DNA of 57,912 bases, filler included, from Dirinaria sp. TL-2023a (lineage: Eukaryota): NCBI GenBank assembly GCA_051941275.1. It is 6 parts of 6 records of this genome, joined end to end, with 100 filler letters (N's around TTAATTAATTAA, not from the genome) between each part and the next. Parts side by side here need not be neighbours in the genome. Positions count along the whole stretch, not along the records: positions 29,036 to 38,604 come from JAVEBF010001035.1; positions 38,705 to 48,260 come from JAVEBF010001036.1; 4 more parts are not named here. The stretch is one strand, 5' to 3'. Under the pieces are notes generated by a model. The model searched no databases and was not told where the DNA came from. It saw only the letters and a list, made by a program, of their open reading frames with translations. Position 1 is the stretch's first letter. Each line of letters begins with the position of its first letter. Made by a program: the position numbers and the translations under genes. Below are positions 38,001 to 48,360 of this stretch, one piece after another.

Positions 38001-38135
38001 TGGAGATATAAAGTCCCAAAGGAGAAAGAGAAAATTGATCCACTGTGCCAGCGATGTTCGGATGTGCTAACAGACCTCAGTACTACAAGGCCTGAGCTCT
38101 TCCATGACAAGATGCAGTCAGCCATGGCTGCTTGA
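35073..38135 (+). CDS. ISM1: Mitochondrial isoleucyl-tRNA synthetase
   Basis: LHDGPPYANG, HVGH, GWDCHGLP, WTTTPWT, WCISRQRAWG, EGSDQHRGWFQ, KMSKS and C-terminal CVRC..CQRC zinc finger (bacterial/mitochondrial type). Confidence 0.95.
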   Translation: MPGSARIIPKSWSSTLLLPNSPFPPRALPADRPKYLQKCTDDLYAWQRKRRTGPTFTLHDGPPYANGNLHVGHALNKILKDVLCRYKLSQGYKIDYVPGWDCHGLPIEQKAIEQYAEQRPGSERRKLDAVSIRNAARALASTAVEEQKRAFRGWGIMADWGNAWKTMDRGFELKQLGVFKVLVKKGLIYRRFKPVYWSPSSCTALAEAELEYRDDHVSTAAFVKFVLQSLPVTLKRFASRKINAIIWTTTPWTLPANKAIGVHSDLQYLLAESPTHGLLLLASSRLDDIQKACGHTLDIVHSFLGSELTGATYIDGAFRNDTRPILHAEFVASDSGSGLVHLAPGHGADDYQLCLRHGIDAFAPLDDQGQFTRDASPRDPELLLGKEVLRSGNQSVLDYLRKSNLLLSSHKYKHKYPYDWRSKQPVIIRATEQWFADVGVIRGNALNSLDTVTFIPEGGRDRLSTFVRNRSEWCISRQRAWGVPIPALYNEETGRALLDETSISHIMGVIEDRGIDAWWTDDNSDPVWTPPHLRSSDGSTLYHRGRDTMDVWFDSGTSWTQLSTSNDYGKQCIADIYLEGSDQHRGWFQSSLLTRIACGGPGEGSVVGDAPFKTLITHGFTLDQHSRKMSKSIGNVISPDQIMDGTLLPLLKQKIRGSKGGATPEKRAFHDAQGPDILRLWAASCDYKNDVILSQTVLKAINGTLSKYRVTFKLLLGLLNGFCPANISASSDQLDTVHQIALIHLSKTFTKVLDHYNQFEFNRAAQEINRYINTDLSSFYLESIKDTIYADGLRSASRAQVQLVLLQTYIDLQTMLYPIVPLLVEEALDYTSDQIKDFCAHPMKRANVRDDPIIRTVSNSSLEDQLPSFQRINSAVKSAQELARADKKMGSSLQSQVMFQIVQEPNDTEKAAASFLHRYQVELETMLVVSGVDHCYDPLPKTVAEAEWSYRSDFELDGSHLSAYVYTPQMGKCVRCWRYKVPKEKEKIDPLCQRCSDVLTDLSTTRPELFHDKMQSAMAA

Positions 38136-38604
38136 AGGAGCTGTAAGATGGACTTCTCTTGTGCTTCATTGATAAACCCTAGCTGCATGGTGGTTATGTT
38201 AAATAGAGTGTTCAACCAAGTGTCATTGCCAAAGATCAAGTAAAAGAAAGTGTTCAAGCCTTAACTCTTACCATGAACAGAAGGCACCTTATATCTCTTG
38301 ACATCACCTTACCTCAGTGCTGTTGAAGCACAATCCATCTATATCTTTCCTATCCAGCAGCATCCTATATTCTTTTTTCGATCTCCACCCCAGTTTCCAT
38401 CGCACTCCATCTGCCTCCGCGCTTGCTCAATAATCGTCCCTCTCCACCCTCTATTTCCAATTCACTCCATCGGACTCCGTGGCTCCCGATTCTCTGCATT
38501 CTCGGCGTCTTTATTCGTTATATACGACTTCTCGGCGTATACTATATTATTATAAATCAAGCCATTCTTCCCATCTCATCCAAACTTCTTCTTCTTCTTC
38601 TTTT

Positions 38605-38704
38605 NNNNNNNNNNNNNNNNNNNNNNNNNNNNNNNNNNNNNNNNNNNNTTAATTAATTAANNNNNNNNNNNNNNNNNNNNNNNNNNNNNNNNNNNNNNNN
38701 NNNN
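38605..38704. other. Artificial contig linker
   Basis: N44-TTAATTAATTAA-N44. Confidence 0.98.
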
Positions 38705-39095
38705 GTGTAAGGCAAGAAAGGCATGAGAAAAAGCATGAGGAGACAACATGCTATCAAAGACGCGACGTGAGGCATGACTCTAATTCATGAATGAAGATTC
38801 GCGATCACATGTGATTTTGGACTATGTTTCAGAGACTGCGAAGATAGCTATTGGAAAATTTGAATCCTTGCACCAGCTATCCACCGTCATGCTCATAGAT
38901 ATTTCTAGGATTGTCCCATCATTCCTTCACCCAGAAGAAGAATAATTTGGGAGAACCTATGACAGCTATTCTATCTACTTCAATACTTCCTTCATAACCG
39001 ATTACTACTATAATCCTTCAAAGCAACCAGGTTATTGGATCAGTCCTGTTTCTTTTCACTCGAACAGGACTAAGGTGGCTGTGTTCTATAACTCC

Positions 39096-39632
39096 TCAAG
39101 ACCGCGAGACCCCAGCAGATTCCTCTTGGGACCAATTCTTGAAAGTTGGATAGAAATGAAAATCCCACTGTACATCCGCGGTTCGCAACCAAAATGCAGC
39201 TGGTATGGCCGTCGTGTGCCCGCTGCCATCCCAGTGGAGTAAAGTATCGTCTCCGTACTCTTCACATTTGCGGCATCTGATCCTTACAACATCTTTCAGA
39301 GCGAGGCATTCATCGATTTTCAGCTTTATTCCCTCCAGGTTGCCGGCTTGAGCTTGCGCATAACAGGATGTGATTGCAGGCTTGAGGTGGGGATTCAGTC
39401 TCTGGGCGATGACTCTAAATTGCCATACTGCGGTGGATTCTAGACGCACTCGGGTGTAAAACTCGCGCAGGGTGTGAGCAGTGAAGATTCTTTCTCGGTG
39501 GGCAGAGTAGACTTGGTGGAAGGTAGGTGATGCATGGACCAATGCAGACAGTGTCCTGATATCGGCAACTTGGTGGAGGATGATAAGCTTTAGCTCTGTT
39601 GGTAAGCGCTCTAGCTTGCTGAGATTCTCCAT
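39096..39632 (-). CDS. Small hypothetical protein with N-terminal F-box-like motif
   Basis: MENLSKLERLPTELKLIILHQVADIRTLSALVHASPTFHQVY. ATG at 39632 follows an A/C-rich leader. Confidence 0.7.
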   Translation of the reverse strand: MENLSKLERLPTELKLIILHQVADIRTLSALVHASPTFHQVYSAHRERIFTAHTLREFYTRVRLESTAVWQFRVIAQRLNPHLKPAITSCYAQAQAGNLEGIKLKIDECLALKDVVRIRCRKCEEYGDDTLLHWDGSGHTTAIPAAFWLRTADVQWDFHFYPTFKNWSQEESAGVSRS

Positions 39633-39919
39633 CGTACAGGGTTTTTTTTTGGATAAGTGGCTGTAGAGGATGATAATGATTTTGGTTTCGGGTTGGGTGA
39701 GCTGGTACTTATACCAACTTGAGCTCAGTGACATAGCCAGGGGCAGATGCCACAAAAAGGAATTATCGGCAAAATTTTGTCATCTTCCGCATTCAACACT
39801 TTGGACTAGTACTTGGAAACGCATCACAGTATGTTGTGATTGTATGCGAGCTTTATCAGAATAATGGAAGCCTTGTTGTTCTTGCGATTGTGGTCATCTT
39901 CCTAGTATGGTTTGCTTTC

Positions 39920-40016
39920 ATGGATTTCTTCGATTTCTTTCATTATGGTTGCTTTTAGCAAGCATGTAGGCAAACACCAGGTGCTTATATGTATTGCGTT
40001 ATCCCATAGATAGATT
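39920..40016 (-). repeat. Dispersed repeat, homologous to 28498-28599
   Basis: Reverse complement aligns with 28498-28599. Confidence 0.7.
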
Positions 40017-41317
40017 CTCATTCCTTAGAGGTCATCAAATTCAGACATTTTCCAATAAGTATCTCTTCTTGTTCAGGAGGTTTGAAAACTCATGATCGAG
40101 AACGACGGTGCGTGGACAATGGTAAACATGGAACGGTTGGAAATATGATGTGCAGGAATCTAGATATCGCTGTATGTAACCCGCCAGTTGGCACGGAGGC
40201 CCATGTTATCAACCCCTAGCAAACGCACCTCTGGCGGATGGTCCAGGTTTGTAGATGACGAACACCACTTACCTAGATTTTTCCCCCCTAAAACAGACAA
40301 ATACTGGAGGAGAAATTCGTCATTCGATCATAATAGCAAGCAGCACTGGGATAACCCAAATCCCCCAAAGAAACAAGAAGAAGTATGTAGATTGCGGAAT
40401 TCATCCAAAAAAAAAAAATGAGTACAGTGCTTTTATCAGACTCTTAGAAAACCTTCGCACACACACAAAAGTTTAACAAATCGCAGACACACGTGCTCTC
40501 TCTCACGCACAAATAACTACTTACTCGTTGAAAAAAAAAAAAGAAAAAAGTCTTCCCCCCTGAAGCACCCACACAGCAGCAGCAACAGCATAACAAAATT
40601 CCGATTTTCTGAAAAATCAAATAATACTAGCGATGAAAGAAAAAAAACCACACACATCCCGTAATCCCTTCTCTCTCGAGAGAAGAATATCAGTCCCCAA
40701 GTACCCAACACCGTCCGTCCAACTTCCTAGCTGCCCCTTTGCAGATCTTGCATCACAAGCTGACAAGGTACATTAGGTCCTGTACTCGTACTGACACCCT
40801 ACAGAACATCCACCAATCATGATTGCACACCAGGTTCCCCCAAGCAAAAGCAAACGCAGGCCCGTCAACAATACAGTGATGTCGTGGTCTCCCCGCGTTG
40901 TGGGGGTTAGGAACTAAGGTATGCAACGCCGATCCTGTGACCCGCGGAAAATCGCAAGGCAAAACCAAATATTCTTGGGTCAAGCAGACCCTTCCAGTCG
41001 GGCTGCAGACGGGCTAGCGCTGGGCGCAGATCTTTCACTTTTTGGACGCACATACTCCGTAAAACGATTTTCAATTGCTTTAGCGTAATTGTATGCACCT
41101 GCAGCCATGTGGCAGTGGCACACGGGGGGGCTAGACACATTATTAAAGCGTTCCTAAAGAATTGGAGCGCTTCGGTTGCGAATAATAATGACTACAACTG
41201 CTCGTGATATTCTTCGACTCGACTTGCCAGATCTAGCTGAGGAGTGTAAACTGTTTTTCCTGCTACCGTGCACTTTCAGATGTAGAGAAGGTACGTGACC
41301 GTTATTTGCCAAGAGAC

Positions 41318-42739
41318 TTATTCGCTAAGCTCGGCCTCAATGAGACTGTACGGGCCTACTGTGGGTGGCCATATCTTTTCGATGCGGAGCCCGACTGAAC
41401 CGAGCAGATCATACCATTGCTGCGACGTTCTCTCCGACCCTGTTTCTATGGCCAACATGGTCAGGTCCATGAAAGCGCCTATAGGCGACACTCCTTCGTT
41501 GGGGAGCACCAATTCATCAATCAGTATCTTGGAGTATCCTCTTTTCATCCCAACGACAGTATTGCGGAGAATATCCTGACATGCTTTGTCCGGCCAGTCA
41601 TGGAATATTGCGCGGAAGTAGTAAGCTTTACCCTCTAGAATACGAGTGTCAGCGATTCCTGTTAGCCGAAGCGGTGTTCTTTACCTTTCACAGGCTGCGG
41701 TGTGAAGAAGTCGTACGGCATTGCTTCGATACCAAGTGACTGGAGTTTCTTTGCCGGAATAAGTGGAGCCGGCAGGTCTTGAACAATCAATCTGTTCTTC
41801 CTCCTCCCCTGCTGGGTTACGAAATCTTGGAGCATTTGACCCTCACCTCCACCCACATCTACTAGCAGGAAGATCCTCAGACTTGTCGTAAGCGTCACTC
41901 AGCTGAGTTTGGACTGGATATCTGTCAAACCAATGACTGATACCGCCTCTCCACTTGTTCATAAACGAATTGAAGATTTCACCTCGCGCTGGTTCGGCTT
42001 CGTAGAAAGCCCATGTATTCTTCCCATGTGTGTCCGCAAAAGGCCCCGTTTTGACATCGTGGGGTACCTTGTGGCCGTTGCGCGCAATGTATTCCGGAAG
42101 CTTCAGCAGCACGGGTGCACCGCTGTAGAAACTGGGGTTTTCTGATGGTGAGTGTCAGACCTAATGACTGGGAGGAACTTCAACATACAAATGCTTGAGC
42201 CCGTTGGTCCAGCCGGGGTCCAGTAAAGTTTGAGATATAGGATTTATTGCGTATGTCTTTGGTCCACGTTCATCGATAACGCCCGTGGCTGTCAACGCTC
42301 TCAGAATTCGAGCTGCGAAGGGATAAGCATGCGTTTCGAAGTCTTGTGTATGTCAAAGCTCGCCGATGAGTTCAGGTTCGCTTGCCGTGACGGCGGCAAT
42401 ATCGGCCGCAGTTTTTGGTGCGCCATCAGCGAGGGCTGCTAACCATCCGGCTTGGATTGCAACCATGGCAGCGGCGCTCTGGTGTGGCTGCAACGGGATT
42501 GAAAATCAGACCACGGCATTATGACCAACGCATTCCAGGACGGGTTGGAAACCAACTTGAAGGAATATGTCGAAGACGGCCTCCAGAGGTGTACCAAGGG
42601 CAGCTTGAAGCCCTGAGATTTGCTGTTGAACTCTGTTGCGTAGTGGCTCATCGCTGAACACGTCTGCTGGCAGGGCTTCCACACTGGCAATTAACTCGGA
42701 CAGGCGTGCCTTAAGGGACTCCTTCGTCATGGCATTCAT
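41318..42739 (-). pseudogene. Fungal SAM-dependent O-methyltransferase (Methyltransf_2) with a frameshift at about 41872
   Basis: Motifs ARILRAL, FNSFM, LLVDVGGGEG, LIVQDLP, YDFFTPQPVK, AYYFRAIFHDWPD, ILIDELV, MDLTMLA and SERT. Introns at 42488-42556, 42313-42363 (GC-AG), 42132-42188 and 41635-41684. The frame breaks at GAG GAT C TTC CTG, just before the SAM motif. Confidence 0.8.
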
Positions 42740-43239
42740 GCCGAATGATGGGGCAATGAGTCGAATATACTTGAAGGAAAAAGAGTTCCAGCGACGAGCC
42801 AACCTGACTCTTGGATAATAGCTGTCCGCGGCAGCAAAATTTTCATACAGTTTCCGAAAGGTGCAGGATGACTACAGTATGTAAGGAAATGTGCCTCAAC
42901 GGTCTCCCACCATGAAAAGCAATCCTTCAACACGTAGGGATCCTACGCTAAGTCAAGAACCAACGATACTGGGGTTGTGCGATTCATGGGCCTGATGCAA
43001 GGTGAATACACTCCCAATGAGGAAGGAGGGGCTGAGAGAGAAACAGCCTTGAAATCAACTTGAAGTCATCATTATTGTTACCAAGCGATTATGATCTGCG
43101 CGAGGGGTGTACGGAATAGTAAATGATGTAAAGTATGTGTGCATGCAACAGAGCGGCGAATTACATGCAGTAAGTACACCTGGGAGATGCGCCTGTGAGC
43201 TCCTACCTTATCGTACTTACATTAAGAGCAGGTGGGGAT

Positions 43240-43843
43240 TTTTCAAAATGATCCCATGATAGTCTTAGATGGAAAGCATACTGTCAGATTTTGGCGGTGT
43301 TTATGAGGTGAATTGGACCTATGTATGTGTATTGGTGCTCAATTGCCTAAAACTAAAGGAAGAACTTTCGTGGGCAGTAAATACCCGGGGTCTGCTGACG
43401 AATTTGCAGTCTAACCGCTTTCGTCAAACCATACTTGGCATTTTGTTAGTGGTGGTGAGTTTTCTCAGTCTTACACATACTAAGATAATGCAGTAAAATA
43501 CCTAAACTCCTCTTGAAATTGTTTTCGCCACGTAAATTAAAAATCTTTCGCGACGAATATAAGATGCGATGTCACATTAGTTGATCATTAAACGTATGAC
43601 AGCAGTGGGATTATTAAAAAATTTTCAAAGTCTTTAGAGTACAGAAAACTTTTTGAAATTTTTATATTATATCAATTCATTTATGAGACATCTCAGTATT
43701 TGAGACGGCTCAATATTGAAGCTGTCCTTGACAAAGAATGTAATATTTGTAAGAACCTGCCGGGACGTTCCTACAATGAGCCATAGATGAGGAGATCCTA
43801 TTGCCAAGATCATACTGACATGATCCTAGGATCATTTTGAAAA
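43240..43843. repeat. Possible decayed TIR element (15-bp inverted repeat flanking an AT-rich core)
   Basis: TTTTCAAAATGATCC at 43240-43254 and GGATCATTTTGAAAA at 43829-43843. Confidence 0.4.
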
Positions 43844-44469
43844 TGTCATGATACTTTGATTATCGAGGCTAGCTTTTGGCTAAGCGAGGTGGATGGAAGC
43901 TCCTTGGAAGCCCCCTGAGCCCCCTTCAGGTTCCTGGGATCTTCTAGATAGCTTGATGTCATCGCTCTGTTGCACATCGCCACTTAACCTAGACTAGTAC
44001 TTGGCTTCTACAATGAACCAATTATTAGTACAGTAGTTAACAAGCGCGCTAAAACGCAGAGACTTTTGTCCAGGTACTGTAGCAGCTGTGATAACGATAA
44101 GAGAAGTCTCAAACATCGTATAGGACTTGATACTGGAAATTGAGGCGAGGATTCGCATTCAAAGTGGCGTTCAAGCGACAGGCTATCAGTTCGAGACCAC
44201 AATGCAGATGGAGATGTTCAGAGCGCCACCAAAGTGACCCGAGTGGTTGTGGCGTAAAATGCGGTACATTTGTAGCCCTGCGGCACACCAGGGGACCCGT
44301 AGGCATATATCATAAGAGGGCGGCCCGAAAGAATTAGAGACTTTTAATTGCATTCGCTTGCGACTAGTTGTGAAATTCTTCAATCCGACTTTCCAGATCC
44401 ACTTTGGATTTTGAAGGACCTACACGCCACTATCCAGTTTTTGATGTAGTAAAAGCAAACCACTGTCAT

Positions 44470-44850
44470 TTAGGAGCCAGACTCGGCCTCAGTGAGACTT
44501 CTAGGCTTACTATAGACAGCCATTTTTGTTTTGTTTGTTTGTTTTTTTTTTTTCTTTTTTTTTTTTTTGGAGATACGGAGCCTAACTGATTTGAGCAGAC
44601 TACGCCCTTCGTGCGAATTTCTCTCTGCCCTGATTTCTGTGGCTAGCATGATCACGTCCATGGAAACGTTGTTGAGTGACGTTCGCTCATTGAGGAGCAC
44701 CCTGTCGTCAATCAGTATCCTGGAGTAGCACCGATTCATTCCGACGATAGCATCGCGCAGAGTATATTAACATATCTTGTTAGGCCAGTCATAAATTATT
44801 CCCTGAAAAGTATTGGCTTTTGCCTTTAGAATATAAAATTCAGCAGTCCC
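44470..44850 (-). pseudogene. Degenerate duplicate of the O-methyltransferase last exon
   Basis: YDWP..., YSRILIDD.VL.NE..S, MDVIMLATE..AER and LLKSVRLRI...SLTEAE parallel the exon at 41318-41634. Contains frameshifts and a T-rich insertion at about 44524-44568. Confidence 0.8.
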
Positions 44851-46068
44851 CGTAAGCGGAAGCAATGTGGTTTATCTTTCACACGCTGCGACGTGCAGAA
44901 AACACATGTCATTGCTTCGATACGAGGTGAGACTTCTTAAGAAAAAGAAATTCGAGCAGCGGCAGAGAAGATGTGGGTGGGCGGCGTGGGCTTACTTCAC
45001 GCCTCTAGTATCACGATCATCCGGCAGCAGTAGCTTTGACGCAAGTCCGGAGGACGAAGGATGAATGTGTATCTTGGTCCCGACCTTCCATCACCATTGG
45101 GAGAGACTTCAATGATCTAGGATTCTGCGCCATGTCATTCATGAACGAAAGATGCGGGCTTGATGGACGAGACTGACGGATATGGTAGATGCATTCCCAG
45201 GTATCTTGAGAGAGAGGATTGGAACACAAAGGAAAGTTCTTCAAAAGGGGAATTTGGGACCGGCGACGATAAACAGGATATGCCTCTTATCGGTACCTTT
45301 TACTGAAGGTGAGTAATGGTACTGTATGTAGAAGGTAGTCGATCGGGTGCATGCAAAACGGGAAAGCTGAAACAGACCTACCTAGTGGCGGCCTCAGGTG
45401 GGTGAAGTGGGCAGCCGGCACGGTTAGCCTCAGGCATGCCTGTGGTAAGGTACCTTAGGTACTGGTGCCCCCTTCTTGCATCGGCCGCTGGGGCTTGGTA
45501 TAAAGTTCCTTACCTTCGCACTCCGTAGATGTGCTACCATGGTTGCCTTCTTTCTTCATATCGGGAGAACAAGCCAATAGGCATTTTTGCATCCCGTACC
45601 TCTTGCGTCCTCACTTGGGTGTCCCGCCCCATGGCTTGACACTAATACGAAAATGCTCCTCTACTTTCTGCAACAATCGTCGATATCAACAAACACTTTA
45701 CGCCGATCTCCCAACTCTTTTTCTCCCGTCAAGGAGAGGAGTCTGGTTGAGCAGCATGCACGCGGCAGAGTGACGATGCGACTGGCATTATGTCTGCATG
45801 GGCACGAGGCCTTGGAGAATTAGAATGCCTGCTATGATTGGCCTCTCCGCATATTCCGTCTCTTCGTCCCCACCACATCTTTTCGCCTCAAATAGCGATG
45901 AAGAGCAGCTGTGCCATCTGCACGTTACAGTGGCTTTCTCGAGATTATGATAACGAAGCTTGATGTACGCCTTGCGCGCCCGTCTGAATCTAAAATTTTC
46001 TTTAAAGTCTCCCTGCTTTGACCTGGCCATTGCTGTTCCATAACATTTCTTTTGCCTAGTCTGCAAAT

Positions 46069-47508
46069 ATGCCAGCCAGAATCTACTTTCCACAACAGCT
46101 TGCAAGTTCTCCCCCGCCGGGGGGAGACCAGGATAAAGCGCCACTCCTTCGGGCGATCATTGGGATGGAGGTCGGCGTTTGCTCCTTGGTGATAGCAGCG
46201 AGATTCTATACCCGGCTGAGACTCGTGCGCAACGCTGGAGCAGACGATTGGATCATGCTCATAACATACGTGTGACTACCTTAGATGAACACTTTCTTAA
46301 TAGCGGGCACTGATGGGTATATTTAGCTGTGTGCGCTTTTAGGAACGTCCCTGGATTTCGTGAGCATGGAGTACGGTGTTGGAAGACACGTATACTACCT
46401 CGGCCATGAGCACAGTGTTAAAGCTCTGAGATTCAACTGGCTCGCCCAAGCGTTCCTGATTCCCGGTGTGACCACTGGCAAAATTTCATTCGCCTTCTTC
46501 GTCTTGCGTCTTTCGAACACTAAATGGCACACTTGGTTCCTCCAGACGGTCAATGCCACTCTCATTATTATCGATATCCCTCTGATTATCCTGACGTTCG
46601 CCCAATGCAAGCCTGTCGCTTTGCTCTGGGATTCAAGCCTGCACGGCTACTGTTTGGACCCAGCAGGTCCAGGGGCATTGGCCATCTCCCAAGGAGGTAA
46701 GACGTGCCCAATTGCAGCTCTACATAAAGCTGATTTCACGGAGCCTACGGAGCTGTGACTTCCTTGGTTTATGCTCTCTTTCCCCTGTTGATATTGTGGA
46801 AACTTCAAATACCCCTCAAGCGCAAGTTCGTACTGGGAAGCCTTATGTGCCTGGGTGTCTTGTAAGCAGTTTTGTGATCACTTCTACTTCAGTTCAACTT
46901 ATCAGGTCCAGCTCCGCCTTTGCTGGTTCGGTTAAAACCTACTTCTTGCAGCAGCTGATATCCAGAGCCGATTTTACTTGTAAGTTCTTTGTAGCGATCG
47001 TCTTCTTGACATCGGTGCAGCACAGCTGACAGTGTTCAACAAAGATGATGGGACCTCTCTCTTAATCTGGGCCACGTAAGCCAGCGGCGGTGTGAAGTAC
47101 TTGCCTAAAAGACCTCCTCTGACATGATATAGAACCGAAATGTATGTTATCATCTTTGCCGGCTGCCTCCCAACTTTAAGGCCTCTCGCTTTAAAAGTTG
47201 TCTCGATGTTCAAAGGCCATCCATCCTGCCGAAATGGCTATATGCTGTACCAGCAGCCTAACGAAAGAAACTCCCATGCGTTGGGACCGTACAACGTTAA
47301 GAATAATCACCAGCACTGTGTGATACCAATCGGCAAGTCAGGTAGCAACCAACAGATTCTGCGTCCAGGCATTATTAAGACAACAGAGATTGCAATAGAT
47401 TTTGACTCAACAAAAAGCGAGACGGACAAGAGACGAATAGACTGGGCCAGACATGGTGAAGACTTGATAGAAGTGATGCCTGCTCTTGGCGCGGCTGAAA
47501 GGGTTTAG
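46069..47508 (+). CDS. PTH11-like (fungal rhodopsin-domain) integral membrane protein, multi-exon
   Basis: ARFYTR..GADDW, YGVGRH, TGKISFAFFVLR, AQCKPVALLWD..GYC, LFP..ILWKLQ..RK, LMCLG, IWAT.E..IIFAGCLPTLRPL. Five GT-AG introns. Confidence 0.88.
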
Positions 47509-48260
47509 TAGATAATTTGATTGATATCATTGTTGATAATGAGCTTGGCGAGTTGGGTTAATGACTGCGCACACAACCCTATGTCAGCTGGCGAAAAAAA
47601 GCTGATGAGGGGTTCGATGCTTTGAAAGTTGACTTTCTGCTGGTTCAATGGGCCTAAATGCAGTCGTGAGCTGTTAGTTTGATCCGATCCTACCTTACAA
47701 CAGTGATGTCTTAAAAATGCCTTCAAGATAAGAAAACATGCATCCAATCAACAGAAGTACTCAAATAGTCGATATCAGCTGCTCATCTCCCACGGGGAAA
47801 TATTACTCAGAAAAAAGGCCCACATACCGATCACAATCTTCACTAACCCCTGTAACGCGGTACCTGCAGCAGCAGAATCGAGCTTCGAATGGGCCCAAGA
47901 CAACCGCCAATTACTGACCTTCCTAATTCTCCATCCTTCCTCTCACAAGCAGTTTTTATCAAACGGAGTGACAGCGACCCTGTACTCAACGTTCGATCAC
48001 CTATCGCTCGAGGCCACAGTGACAAGTGCCAAATTCCAAAATTATGTTGGTTTCGGATGTCGAGCACAACAGGATACCAAATGGGCTGATTCATAGTAGC
48101 AATCTTATTCAGAGATCCCAAGGTACAAGTTTGACTCAAAGCAGCCAATTCACGACCAAGAGTCAGATAGTAGTAAAGGTCTCTTCAAGGGCAGGAAATA
48201 TGATTCTACGTGAGGAGGAATACATTCTGAGTCGAGTTGTTGCGAATTGTAGAATATATA

Positions 48261-48360
48261 NNNNNNNNNNNNNNNNNNNNNNNNNNNNNNNNNNNNNNNN
48301 NNNNTTAATTAATTAANNNNNNNNNNNNNNNNNNNNNNNNNNNNNNNNNNNNNNNNNNNN
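48261..48360. other. Artificial contig linker
   Basis: N44-TTAATTAATTAA-N44. Confidence 0.98.

Noticed and set aside
35357..38257. Antisense and alternate-frame ORFs over IleRS (likewise over kinesin, GT8 and the amidohydrolase)
   Set aside because: Shadow ORFs of conserved coding sequence.
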